Shown here: positions 14,901-34,619 of the stretch, piece by piece
Position numbering within the stretch: position 1 is the stretch's first letter
Layout of the letters: each line of letters opens with the position of its first letter
Origin: the human T2T-CHM13v2.0 reference genome, Homo sapiens
Strand: one strand, 5' to 3'
Length of the DNA: 64,000 bases
Assembly: GCF_009914755.1 (NCBI RefSeq)
Contig: NC_060936.1
Notes under the pieces: generated by a model
The model's database searches: none
The model's input: the letters and a program-made list of their open reading frames with translations, nothing else
What the model was told of the DNA's origin: nothing
Made by a program: the position numbers and the translations under genes

Positions 14901-16576
14901 CAAGGGGATTTCAAAAAGTTTGTGGAAGAACATAATTACAATATGAAAGTAGACAATATAAACTTTATTTCTTAACATTATCTCCATCACATTCAAGAAG
15001 TTTGGCAAGTAATGATACAAGAAATTTAGCCTATCTACAAAGAATTGAGGGCCCTGGGAATTTCACCATATAAATGCAGTCTTTTCACATTATTAGCTGA
15101 AGAAAACAGAGTACAATTTAAAGATATTTTAATATTAGAAAAAAGTTCAAAGATACTGCATCAGTACTGTAAGTTGGATGCCTAGTGATTTTCTTTTTTT
15201 TCTTTTCTGTTTTATTTTCATAGGTTGGGGAACAGGTGGTGTTTGGTTATGTATATAAGTTCTTGAGTGGTGATTTGCTAGATTTTGGTGCACCCATCAC
15301 CTGGGCAGTATACACTGCACCCAATTTGTAGTCTTTTATCCCTCACCTCTTTCCGACTCTTTCCCCCTGAGTTCCCAAAGTCCATTGTGTCATTCTTATG
15401 CCTTTGCATCCTCATAGTTCAGCTCCCATTTATGAGTGAGAACATATGATGTTTGGTTTTCCAGTCCTAAGTTACTTCACTTAGAATGATAACATCGACT
15501 TATGAAAGATTGGGGAAAGTTAGGCAAAACTTTAGCAGATAAATGCTCAGAAAGGCTTTAGCAGAGTCCTTCTCCATCACAACAAAGCTCTTGCTCATTC
15601 CCCTCATGAAACAGGGGCAATTTGCCAGACTTTTTATGGAAATCACTAGGCATTCAATCTCATCCATTTATCTGCTAAAGATTTGGCTTTCTTCAGATTC
15701 CAAATTCTTTCATAAGTCGATGTTATCATACCTTGGCCCTCCCAAAAGTTATCAACCAAAATACCTTGGGCATCCAAACACACTGTTGGCATAATATTTG
15801 CTTTTGTCACATTTACTTAGACTAGATGACTTCCACCTCTTGGTAGCCATTGCTTTGATTGTGTTTTTGCCTTCGAGTGGCACTGGTAAAGCCACATTTG
15901 ATCTCCCGTTACAACTCTTCAAAGACATGCTTAGGATCTTTTCTTTTCTTTTCTTTTCTTCTCCTTCCTACTTCTTTAATTTTTCATTGAATATTCTGTT
16001 CTCGTCTGTAGCTGACTTGGTTACAGCAGTTTTGGCCTTCATCAAGTGGATAGTTTGCTCAAGTTTAATTTCTCAATCAGAAAAAATTATGTAATCTGAA
16101 CCAATTGATCTTGTTCTTGTGCTAGCTCTTGTTTCTGTTGTTAATTGTCAGAACTTTCCAATTAGGCCAAAAGAAGATAAAATTTTTGCCCATAAGTTGA
16201 TGTGTATGTTCTGCTGCTGCAAGTTTTACCTTCACCATCATCTCATCGATTCTTAAAGTGAATTATCCATTTTGTGAAGGGCTGATTTACTTGTGCACAC
16301 ATATGTCCTAATGCATCAGTGATGTCACCATCCCTCCACCCAAGCTTCACCATAAACTTGAATTTGTTTTTCCTACAATTTTAGTAGAATTTTTGCTGCT
16401 CTGATAGAGGCTGTTTTCAAACCGCTTTCTCAACCATGTTAGTGACTGAACAAGATCCTGTTCAGACATGTTGTAACAAGTTAGTACAAATGTATTTTGA
16501 TACAAAAAATGATTATATCCACTCATAATTTTAAAAAGTCATAAGTATTTTCTAGAAACAGTTTGAAAATCCCTTA
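14901..16576 (-). mobile_element. Hsmar2 mariner transposon, both TIRs, interrupted by L1PB and an inversion
   Basis: TA|caaggggatttcaaaaagtttgtggaa ... tttctagaaacagtttgaaaatccctta|TA resembles the Hsmar2 TIR; decayed transposase. Confidence 0.85.
15193..15490 (-). mobile_element. L1PB-like 3' end inside Hsmar2; paralogs 30565-30880 and 54383-54680
   Basis: T-rich tail then gggaacaggtggtgtttggtt...gagaacatatgatgtttggttttcc. Confidence 0.8.
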
Positions 16577-18384
16577 TATTATTGGAAGCCTTCCTCATAC
16601 AAGGAGGGTTGTTGCAGATTACTCTGCCATTGGCTGGTGATTAGACAGACTGTTGTTTTCCTCCCTCACCCCTTCTGGAATATTAGGGATGTTTGCTAAA
16701 GAGGAAATATATTACCAGTTAGCAATTCTTCTTTGGCTATGCAATAATAAAACATGTGTAGTTTGGCTTTATGTGCTTTAGGGGTGGGCATAAAGTAGTT
16801 GCTTGTCCTAGCGGGTGCCCTAATGATATTGGGATGACTATCATTGGTTTCCACACACACTAATTGGACAGGGAAACTGGAGATGAATGGTCCTGCCTAG
16901 TGACTTATGGTAGACCTTTTAGTGGGAAAGGAAGATCCGAGGGAAGGAGCAGAGGGGAGTGCCTTGCAGACTTGCCTCATTGCATAGGTTGCTGTAGAAG
17001 TCATAGTCCTGGTGAAAGAAAGGCTCCCCCTTGGCTTGGTGAGTACAGGAAGACAGCAGGCATTGCCTTCAAATATCACTCCTCTCAGGCCATTTCTCTG
17101 ACATTGTCCAATGTCAGCAATGAGTGAAAGAGATTAGTTTATTAGGGAAGAATAAATATTAACTATGAAATCTCCACACACAAATAAAACAGAGATGACA
17201 GAGGAGCTGAAAGAGGCCCTGTCAGGGAGTAAGGATGGGGTCAAAGCAAGGAGCAGGCCTGCAGCAGGAGCTCAGGCACCTTTTGGTCAGTTGAAGCTCT
17301 CAGCAATCCACTTGCCTTCTAATATGGATGCAAACATAACATGTCCCAAATAAGATCCTTGATTTCTGCATCCTAAACTGCTCTCCCCTGATGTAGTTTG
17401 TTATCTCTGCCCTTAAAAAAAACAAAACACACTGTAATTTGAACAACAGAAATTAATTTTCTCACAGTTCTGGAGGCTCACATTCCATGATCAAGGTGTT
17501 AACAGGTTCATTTCTTCTAAGATGTCTCTTCTTGGATTTGACTTGGTTAATTTAGTTTTTTGTCTTCAAACACCTTGATCATTTACTTTCTGAAAAACTT
17601 TCACAGTCTATAAGGTCTTTTTTCAAATTTTAGACTTATATATGTTAGTTCTGAAATTTCTATTTTATTATTTTCTATAGTTCCTTTTTCTGCTGAGAAG
17701 CTTTTTCCCATTTATTTTGAGAGTGTTCACATTTACCTCAGAAAAGTTGGCTATAAGAGCTGCTTTAAAGTCTGATCATTTCCATATCCAAGTTGTTTCA
17801 AGGTTGTCATATCTTGATTATACCCTTCATTAACAGTTGGTCAATTGTTTACGGTTTGTAAAAGTATATTGAGTAATTTTCAATTTTATGCCTCACATGG
17901 GCATTTTTCTGTGTTTACAATACACAAAAAGTTCAACAAGGCAAGCTTTGGACATTGAAGGGTGGAGGCACTCAGGCTGCATCGTGATCCACCCACTGGC
18001 TCCACTGGCAGAAGAGTTAATCCCACTGACGTTATTCTGCTTGAAGCTTCTATGTGGATGATTCTCCTTGGCTCTTATGAGATAAGAGTGTAAGTATTTC
18101 ACATAATACACACTTATAAAATTAAAAACAACAGAAAAGTGTGCTGAATGGGTCCCAAGGGCCTTATCCACAATGTCTTCCTAACTTTTCATGTTTTGTA
18201 CCCCATTTTCTCAAAGCTCAATTGAACTCAAGGACTTCTTTTTTCTTTTCCTCTACAAGAACCACAGAGTTTAACATTGGCTTCTTAGAGGCTATCCCAG
18301 TAGCCAGGCAGCCCTGCTCTCTTCTGATGGGGATTTACAGAATGCAGGAAAATGAGGCTGAGGTAGAAAGAGTGACTATACACC

Positions 18385-18710
18385 CAGCATGCTGGCTCAT
18401 GACTGTAATCCCACTACTTTTGGAGGCTGAGATTGGAGGATTGTTGATGTCAGGAATTCAAGATCAGCCTGAACAATATAGCAAGATCTCCCCATGTATA
18501 CAACAAAATTTACAAAATCAACCTCGCATGGCGATTGGCACTTGTAGTGCCATCTAATTCAGAGGGTGATCTGGAAGAATTGCTTGATCCCAGGAGTTCA
18601 AGACTGCAGTGAGCCATGATTGCACCACTGTACTCCAGCTTAAGTGAGAGAACAAGTCCCTGTCTCTAAAAAGAAATAATAATACTAATAATAACAATAA
18701 TAATAATAAA
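18385..18710 (+). mobile_element. Old Alu (AluJ-like) with (AAT)n tail; paralog ~57420-57740
   Basis: ggctcatgactgtaatccc ... cccaggagttcaagactgcagtgagccatgattgcaccactg. Confidence 0.85.
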
Positions 18711-19429
18711 TGACTACTGCAACTGAAAAGCTTTTTTCCCCCCACCTTGGCTTCTAGCCCCAGGGTCTACCTCGTTTAAACACAACTCCAGTGTCTATGG
18801 ATTCAACAGACTTGCAGTCTCTTCCTTTCTTTCCCCTTATATGCCACTGTAGCTCTTTCCTGTATCCTCAGCACACCTTCCCCTACTCTGACAGAATCAA
18901 GTACAATGGTGAATTGAGCAAGTATAGGCAATAGAGCTATAAATACTTATGTTTCTACCCTCCTTGATATTTTTGCAAGATTTGGAGATGAGTACGTAGG
19001 GCCTTTAGTCCTTTTTGAGCCAGGTCATCTCAGGCCCAGCCCGAATCCTTAAAGGAACTGAGATCCGAGTAGAGGAAAAGAAGTGATAAGAGAGATGTGA
19101 ACAAAGTGTCTTCATGCAAGTAAGTAAGACACATTTACTGTCTAATTCAAGCATTGTAGTCACAGCCTAAGACTCAACTGAATAAACACGTGAATTTTAA
19201 GTCTCCCCAAAGGTGTGCAACAGCTTTGGGGCATCTTTAACCCTTTACCTCCTGTTGTCTTTGGAATAGAGCAAAAACTAAAGTGTTACATGGGAAGTTT
19301 CCTTCAATTCTACCACCTGGTACTCAGTTTACAACCATTTCCCAATCCTACTTGTTAATGAGCTATATAAAAAGACACAAATTATTGACCACTTGTCATA
19401 CATTTTGGTCAACATGCCAGCTATTGATA

Positions 19430-21438
19430 TGTATTTTTTACATTATTAACTGAAGGAAAATGGATGCCTTTTACAAATGTTATAAGATTACAAAACAAAA
19501 AAAAATGAAAGAAACCAAATTAGGGTTGTAATATGTCCAAAATTGTTTTCTTCCAGTTGGTTCTTGGTCTCGCTGACTTCAAGAATGAAGCTGCGGATGC
19601 TTGCAGTGAGTGTTACAGTTCTTAAAGATGATGTGTCCATAGTTTGTTCCTTCAGATGTGCAGATGTGTCTGGAGTTTCTTCCTTCCAGTGGGTTCTTGT
19701 TCTCACTGACTTCAGGGGTGAGGCTGCAGACCTTTTCAGTGAGTGTTACAGCTCTTAAAGCTGTGTCCAAAGTTGTTTGTTCCTCCTAGTGGGTTGATGG
19801 TCTCACTGACTTCAGGAATGAAGCCGCAGACCCTCTCGTGGGTGTTACAGCTCATGAAGGTAGTGCAGACCCAAAGAGTGAGCAGCAGCAAGATTTGTTG
19901 TGAAGGGCAAAAGAACAAAGCTTCCACAGCATGGAAGGGGACCCAAACAAGTTACCACTGCTGGCTCAGTTGGCCAGCTTTTATTCCCTTATTTGGCCCT
20001 GCCCACATCCCGATGATTGGTATATTTTGCAGAGTGCTGATTGGTCCATTTTGCAGAGTGCTGATTTGTCCATTTTACAGGCTGCTGATTGGTGCGTTTG
20101 CAATCTTTTAGTTAGACACAGAGTGCTGATTGGTTCATTTTTACAGAGTGCTGATTTGTGCATTCACAATCCTTTAGCTAGACAGAGAGCACTGATTGGT
20201 GCATTTTTATAGAGTGCTGATTGGTGCATGTACAATCCTTTAGCTAGACACAGAGGGCTCATGGGTGCATTGTTACAGAGTGTGGATTGGTGCATTTACA
20301 GTCCTTTAACTAGACCCAGAGCACTGATTGGTGCATTTACAATCATCTAGCTAGTCAGAAAAGTTCTCCAAGTCCACAGTGGACCCAGGAAGTCCACCTG
20401 GCATCACTTCTCAGTAATGTGAAAGCCTAATGATTTACCATGAGAACTCTCATATAATTGCCCTGTTTGATAAGAGAAATGAGCAGGAGGAAGGTTGTGG
20501 TGAAGGACTCTGCTGAAGCTTTCCCAGGGATTCGTCTAGTAAAGCTTTGGCTTTCTCAAAATATTCTCAGAATAAGGAGATACTGTCATTCTCCAGAAAG
20601 TCAACCAGCAAAATGACTTGAGCTTTCCAATAAACTCTTGCCAAGATCTTTGTGCTCTCCTCATCCACTTTTGTTTTGACTGGACATTTCCGCCTCTTGG
20701 TAGCCATTGCTTTGATTGTATTTGTTTTCTGGATTTTACTGGTAAAGTCATGTGTTATCTCCTCTTATAATTCATTGAAGAAATGCTTATGGTCTTCGTT
20801 CTTCCTATTTAAATTTTTAGGGAAAGTTCTGCTCTTGTCTGTACTTGATCTTGGTGACACAGTTTGGGCATCCATTAAGTGAAAAGCTTACTAAACTTTA
20901 ATCATTCAGTTAGATTCATGTAAACTGAACCAACTGAGAAGTCTGCAGTGTTGGTTATTGTGTGAGCTGCTAATCATCACACCTCTTCTCCTGGGTATAA
21001 AGAAGATGAATTTATTCCTTGCAATATGATGTGAATCATCTGTCACGATAAGCTTTAGGTTCAACATTGCCTCATTCCTTCTTGAAATGAACTCCTCATT
21101 GAATTTGTGAACTGCTGACTTCTTCAACCAATGTCAACTTACCACGTGTCAAGTAGGACAACTCTTTGGACACCATCAATGATTTTGCCTTCCTCCACCC
21201 AAGCTTCACCATAAATTTGATGTTTATACTCACTTTAATTTTAGAAAAATTCATGTTGGTCTTCTAGGGGCTCTTTTGAAACTGCTCTTATTTTTCTTGA
21301 TGCCTCATACTAGCTCCTGTTCAGACATGTTATAGCAAAAGATTATGATTTCATTTTGGTGCCAAAACATTGGAATCCATTCATGGTGTTTCTTAATAGG
21401 ATATACCTTTTCCTTCAACATTTGAACAACCCACTGCA
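19430..21438 (-). mobile_element. Hsmar2 relic containing LTR12
   Basis: Paralog of 10790-12235; QSKQWLPRGG peptide. Confidence 0.8.
19532..20413 (-). mobile_element. Solo LTR12 (ERV9 LTR), 882 bp
   Basis: ggttcttggtctcgctgacttcaagaatgaagc; tandem gtgctgattggtgcattt repeats; 4-bp TSD gtaa (19528-31 and 20414-17). Confidence 0.92.
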
Positions 21439-24369
21439 TATAGGAAGGCATCCTGATACAATAAGCTCTACTAGAGGTAACTTAGAATTTTGCAGCTGAC
21501 TAGGCAGATTGCTTTCTTGTTTTTCTCTTAGGATAAATAGGGATGTTTTCTGAAGATGGAATATAATACCAGTGGCCAAATATTCTCCAGTTACATAGAA
21601 AGTTTAACATTTGTAACTGAGATTCACATTCTTTCAGAGAGACACAGAGTGCTTGGGCCAATCTGGTGTCCTGATGTTATTGAATGATTTTCTCTGGTTT
21701 CACCAAACATTGTTTGAAAAGGAAGCTGTTGATGGGCAGTCTGGCCTAGGTAGCTTATGGTGGCCCATCAGGAAGGAAAGAAACGCAAGAGAGAAGAAGC
21801 AGAGGGGAGAGCCAGGCAGATGTGACTCCTTGTGGGAATCAGTGGGGAAGCTGCAGTCCTGGTTAGAGACAGACTTCTCCTTGTCTGCTGAGTACAGCAA
21901 GGCAAGAGGTGATCCTTCCAAATATCACTCAACTCATGCCCTGACCTTCTCCTATGTCAGAAATGAGTGAAAGAGATTAGCATATCAGGAAGGACTAAAT
22001 ATCAGATATCAAGCTACCAGAGACAAGCAAAATAGAGGTTACCAAAGAACTGATGGAGACAGTGTCACTGATTTAGGATGGGGTAAAAGCAAGGAGCAAG
22101 ATGGCAACAAAAGCTTAGGCATTTGTCCATGAGTCAAGGACGTCAGCAATCCACTTGCCATTTAAAATAATGTAACCATACCGTTTACATTACACTCCTG
22201 CACTAAGCAGGACTCTTAATTTCTGCCTCCTAAAACCTGCTCTCCCCTGAATTTCTTCATTATACCTGTCCAAGCAAAATATCACAGACTAATATTCTTA
22301 AGCAACAGAAATTATTTTCCGACACTTCTGGATGCTCAAGTTCCACGGTGAATGTGTCAGCAGGTCCAGTTCTTCTTGGCCCTGTCTACTTGGCATCTAG
22401 ATATCACCTTCTTGCTGTGTCCTCCCATGGGGCTGCGTCTGTGCCTACGTACTTCTTGTGTCTCTCTGTGTGCAAATTTCCAGTTCTTATAAGGAATTTC
22501 CACTTTTTCTAAGGACATTCATCTTATTGGATTTAGTTCCACTGAAACTCCCTCATTTTAGCTTGATCACCTCTTCTTAGGGCTATTTTCTGAACACAAT
22601 CATATTCTAAGGAACAAGAGGTAGGTTGGCTGTGGAGTTTTGTATACCTATGCTTATCATATTTCGCTAAATATTTGATTATATAGAGGTTATGTCTTTA
22701 GAACTTTGAGCTATGTGCAGACAACACAAACCTGGCCATTCATGGCTGACAGAAGGTTGGCCCTCAGCCCGGTCGGACCCACACAGATTGTCCAATATTC
22801 CTTGGATCTGGCTCCGATCAGAAAAGTCTCAGTGTTTTAGGATACAGGTGTCTTAACGAATTCTATTATTAATATTCGTGGAGAGGTTAAAACAAAGTTG
22901 GACACAAAATCTACCAGAGGTTTCTAGAAATGAACAGAATGAATAGAAGTTCTTGAATGAGCCATCCTACTTCATGTCTTTAAGAATTTTTTCTTGCTCT
23001 TCCCCTTTATTAGAATGTTTGATCAGATACAGTTTGGACTTTATGTCTTACAAGATTATATATATATAAATATAGGCTCTCGCTCTGTCACCCAAGCTGG
23101 AGGGTGGTGTCCTGATCATGGATTCCAGCATCCTAGAACTCCTGTGCTCTTGGGATTCCCCCCACTTCAACCACTTGAGTAGCTTGAATTACAGGTTCAT
23201 GACACCCACCATGCCCGTTTATTATTTTTTAATTTATTTAAAAATTTTTTGAAGAGATGGATCCACAATTTGTTGCTCAGGCTGGTCTTAAACTCCTGGC
23301 CTCAAGGGATCCATCCAACTCACCCTCCCAAAGTCCTGGGATAACAGACATGAGTCACTACATTCAGTTATTCTTCTAGGAAAAATTTTTAATCACTCCC
23401 ACTTACAATGAGTGGCCACAATTATATATCCCAATAAGATAGTCAGGAACCCACATAAAAGCCTCAAGGGTATTGCACTGATCTATTTCTTAGTACATGT
23501 GCTGTCTCCCAGATTCTTCTTCCACACAGAAATTTTTTTTATTTTTGCAATATTCTGAAACTAATTTCTCAAGACTCGCTTTCTAAAATGTATTTGTTGA
23601 CATTTTCTGTTCTAAATAATCTTCCCTGTGTTTATTTTTCATCTTATGTCTGGCTTCTTTATAAATACATTTTGGGAATTTTCTTAAATCGACTCTTCTA
23701 AGTAAGCATCTATAATTCTTCTTACTCCTTTCATTTTATGTTTGTTTTTAAAATTTGGATCAATATACTGTATTTCCAAAGTATTTTTACTGAGTTTGTG
23801 TTGGTAGCTCTCTTTTCATCCACTGACTTCTCTGTTATATCAAGTAGTTTCTGCCCATCATTTCATCTTTTTATGGAAAATGCAGGTTAGTCAGTATTAA
23901 CAGCTGCCACTTATCATTTCAGGCCTCGAATAACTTTTGTGACATCATTCAGTTTTGGCTCAGGGATAGTGATAACTTCAGGATACCTCGTTAGAGGCAT
24001 TGTGTGTGGGTCTGCCACTGGAAATCCTAAACACAGGCCACTTGATCATTTTGATGAGAGGATCCTGTGTTGTACACATTAGAATCTGATCCTGCTCTTC
24101 CAGATGGGTTTGAAATACAAGGGATTTCAAAAACTTTGTGGAAGAATGCAATTACAATATGAAATTAGACATTATATAAACTTTATTTCTTAACATAACC
24201 TCCACCACATTCAAGAAGGTTTGCAAGTAATGATACAAATAATTTAGCCTATCTATAAAGAATTGAGGGTCCTGAGAATTTCACCATATAAATGCAGTCT
24301 TTTCAAATTATTAACTGAAGAAAACAGCATACACATTAAAGTATTTTTATCTTAGAAAAAAAACAAGTC

Positions 24370-30507
<6,138 letters not shown>

Positions 30508-31697
30508 GAAAAAAAGAAGTCCAAAGATACTGCATCAATACCGTAAGTTGGATGCCCAGGGATTTTCTCTTTTTTTTTTCTTTCTTCTTTTTTTTCTTTT
30601 CTTTTTTGCTTCCATAGATTGAGGAACAGGTGGTGTTTGGTTACATGAATACATTCTTTAGTGGTGATTTGTGAGATTTTGGTGCACCCACCACCCGGGG
30701 GTTTACACTGCACCCAATTTGTAGCCTTTTATTCATCACCCCCTTCTCAGCATTTCCTCTAAGTTCCCAAAGTCCATTGTGTCATTCTTATGCCTTTGCA
30801 TCCTCATAGATTAGCTCCCATTTATGACTGAGAACATACGATGTTTGGTTTTCCATTCCTAAGTTACATCACTTAGAATGATAAGATCAACTTCTGAGAC
30901 ACTTTGGAAACAGCCAAAACTTGAGCAGATAAATGCCCAGAAAAGCTTCAGCAGAGGGTCCTTGTCCATCACAACAATGCTCCTGCTCATTCCTCTCTTG
31001 AAACAAGGGCAATTTTACCAGACTTTTGATGGAAAATCCCTAGGCATCCAATCTCATCCATTTTTCTGCTAAAGATTTGACTAAATCTCTCCAAACTCCA
31101 AACTGTCTCATAAGTGGTTTTTACCATTCTTTGGCCCTCCAGAAAGTTAACAACCAGAAAACCTTTAGCATCCAAAAACACTGTTGGCATGATATTTGCT
31201 TTTGTTGCATTTACTTAGACTAGACCACTTCCACCTCTTGGTAGCCATTGCTTTCATTGTGTTTGTCCCTTTGAATGCCACTGGTAAAGCCATGTTTTAT
31301 TTCCTGTTACAACTCTTCAAAGAAATGCTTTAGGATTTTTTTTTCTTTTCTTTTCCTTCCTACTTGTTTAATTTGTCACAGAACGTTCTCTTCTTGTCTG
31401 TAGCTGACAGGTACAGCAGTTTTGGCCCTCATCAAGTGGCTAGTTTGTTCGTATTTAGTTTTTTAGACAGAAAAAATTATGTAATCTGAATCAATTGTTC
31501 TTCTTGTGCTAGCTCTTTTTTCTGCTGTTGATTGTCAGACCTCTTCAATTAGGCCACAAGAAGATACAATTTTTGTCCGTAAGTTAATGTGAAGGGACTA
31601 CTGCTGCAAGGTTCACCTTCACCATCATTTCAACACTTCTTTTTTTTTAATGTCAAGATCTTTATCTTTTTTATTATTATACTTTAATAATAATAAT

Positions 31698-32332
31698 GGA
31701 GAAATAGGAACACTTTTACACGTTGGTGAGACTGTAAACTGGTTCAACCACTGTGGAAGACAGTGTGGTGATTCTTCAAGGATCTAGAACTAGAAATACC
31801 ATTTGACCCAGCAATCCCATTACTGGGTATATACCCAAAGGATTATAAATCATGCTGCTATAAAGACACATGCACACGTATGTTTATTGCGGCACTATTC
31901 ACGATAGCAAAGACTTGGAACCAACCCAAATGTCCATCAATGATAGACTGGATTAAGAAAACGTGGCACACACACACCATGGAATACTATGCAGCCATAA
32001 AAAATGATGAGTTCATGTCCTTTGTAGGGACATGGATGAAGCTGGAAACCATCATTCTCAGCAAAGTATCACGGGGACAAAAAACCAAACACTGCATGTT
32101 CTCACTCATAGGTGGGAATTGAACAATGAGAAAACTTGGACACAGGAAGGGGAACATCACACACTGGGGCCTGCCATGGGTTGGGGGGAGGGGGGAGGGA
32201 TAACATTAGGAGATATACCCAATGGAAATGATGAGTTAATAGGTGCAGCACACCAACATGGCACATGTATACATATGTAACAAACCCTGCGCACATATAC
32301 CCTAGAACTTAAAGTATAATAAAAAAAGAAAA
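31698..32332 (+). mobile_element. 5'-truncated L1PA (L1PA5/6-like) 3' fragment, preceded by a short antisense L1 tail (31640-31687)
   Basis: ORF2 C-terminus ORF 31880-32122, 3' UTR, A tail; ttttttattattatacttta before it. Confidence 0.9.
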
Positions 32333-33236
32333 GAAAATTAGACCATATCGCATTTGTACATCACATCCATCACAGTTTTTTATTACACTGGTAATCAGAT
32401 TTGGATTTCATATGCCAGCTCCTTCATACCTATATGACTTTCTCTTTATTGAAAAGTGGGTGATTCTTTGAATAGGACAGAAAGCAGAATCTTCCTCAAC
32501 TTCATCTTGAACTAGCTTGACTGCAACACAAGAGGGTTGTCTACCAGGAGAGATGAACATTAACAGAGTGGATGGACTTGTGATGTGATCGAGTAAATTG
32601 CATGAAGTCCCTATGGTCTGGGAGGGGTTCATGTGTATCAGAGGAATCCTGGTTACACAATTATGATACTGGTTCATATATTTTTATATTATGTTTTGTC
32701 TTAAAAACACATATTTCACAATTATTTTGCGGTATTCATATTCTATGAACATATTGTAGCCATGGCTGATTATAGTAAAAATATTTCTTAAGCATTTACT
32801 GTATGCCATTTAATCTTCAGAACCAGCTTATCAGGTAAGAATCCTGCATACTACCATCTCAATTTTATAGGTGAGCTGAGTGGGCACAAGCCAAAGTTGC
32901 TAAAATAGTAATAAGTGGTAGAGATGGCAGTCAGTCATCAGAGCCTATGTTCTTGCTTACTGTACTCCACCACTTTCTTGCTATTTACTTCTACATTTAT
33001 TCACTTCCAAGAACGTCAGAAGAAACCAGGTCCAGAAAATAAACTCAGATACAAGTGATAGATAATGGGTAAGGTAAAACATGCCCTGAAAAAGCAGTCA
33101 TAGAGAAGATATTGAGTATCAGAAACTACATGGAAAAATAGAAGTCAGAAGACAGCCCAACCGTGTTTTTTTGCTGTTGTTTCTTTTGGTTTTGCTTTTA
33201 GATGTATGTTTACTAATTAGACCTCAGATGGGGTTG

Positions 33237-33410
33237 TGTGTTAGTCCATTTCTACTGTAACAACAAGACTGTAGACTGGGTCATGATTAAAGAATAGAAA
33301 TTTGTTTCCCAATGTTCCGTAGGCTAGGAAGTCTAAGATTAAGGCATCAACAGATTCAGTGTTTGGTGAGGGCTTCTGTTTGCTTCCAAGATGGTTCCTT
33401 GTTGCTGTGG
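33237..33410. mobile_element. MaLR (MST/MLT1-like) LTR fragment
   Basis: tgtgttagtccattt...ggctaggaagtctaagattaaggcatcaacagattcagtgtttggtgagggc...ttccaagatgg. Confidence 0.65.
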
Positions 33411-34619
33411 TGGAATAAAGGTTTAAAAACTCTAGGTAAAAATAGCAATCAAACTAGAATCCTATATCCATTCAGGTAATCACTTAAGTGTGAAGGTCAC
33501 ATAACACATCTGGCAACACGAAAAACCTTGAAATAGTTTACTTCTCATATGCTGAAGCTATGCTAGCATATGTTTCACAGAAGAAGAAAACCAAGAAACA
33601 GGAAGACAGTAACTCAGGATATGCATTATCCTACTTAAAAGGGAGAAATGGGAATTTCCAGGACAAAAGCCAATTATCTGACATTTGAGAGTGAGGAAAA
33701 TTGTGCTAGGTGGGATTTTGCAGGTCCGTTGGAAGTTGAAGGAAGACTTAGATGTTTTTAAAACAAAGCAAATGATTGAGAAAACAGGTAATTACTAAAT
33801 TTGTTGTTGGGCATGTAAGTTTTGCAAGGACAGAAAGATAAATGTAATTAACATGTAAATTCAGGCACAGAGTAGTGTTGACATTGGTGACAGTAGAGAA
33901 CAATCATGAACACAACACAAAGAAAGCCTCCTCATTCTAAAAAAAAGGAAAAAAAATCACTAGTGAAGGGACCTCAGTAGTTGGAGCTGTCATCTGACTT
34001 TCTAGCAAGGCTAAGTAGGAGGCAGAAGAACCATGCCTGTCACTCACCACTCTGGTCTCCATATAGAAATCAACTCTAGAACAGTGAGCTTGTTATAGAG
34101 GTCAGGTGCAGACTGAAGAATTGGAGATGGGAGACTTTTCCTTCTTCTCTGTAGGTGTCTACTCCTCTGTTGCCCCCAAGGGGAGAGATGTTTAGAGATT
34201 CACTCCATAGAGCTGCTTCACATGGCAGCTGGGTGTTCCCAGTGCAAGTGCTGTCTGAGAGAAGGAGACAGAGGAAGAGAAAGAGACAGAGAGAAGGGGC
34301 GAATTGAAAAATAAAAGATGAAGCCACAGTTTCAATTTTAACTTAATCTCAGTGGTAACATACCACCATTTCTGCCATATTTTGCTGGTCACAGAAACCA
34401 ATCCTGATATAATGTGGTGGGGACTACATAAGAGTGCTAATATTAGATAGTAGGAATATTGCATATGACTATCTCAAAGTGACAATGATTTGATAAATCA
34501 TTAAAGAAAGTTTAAGAGAATAAGGGGTTCTGTGTATTCAAAGAAGACTTTAATGTGGGAAGATGTGAGCATACTTGAATAAAATGCAAACACATGCTTG
34601 ATAAAGTTAGGAACAAACT

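Noticed and set aside
21653-21970. 105-aa ORF shared with 60695-61012
   Set aside because: TTG start; shared only through the recent duplication; not preserved in the older paralogs at 12450 and 51655
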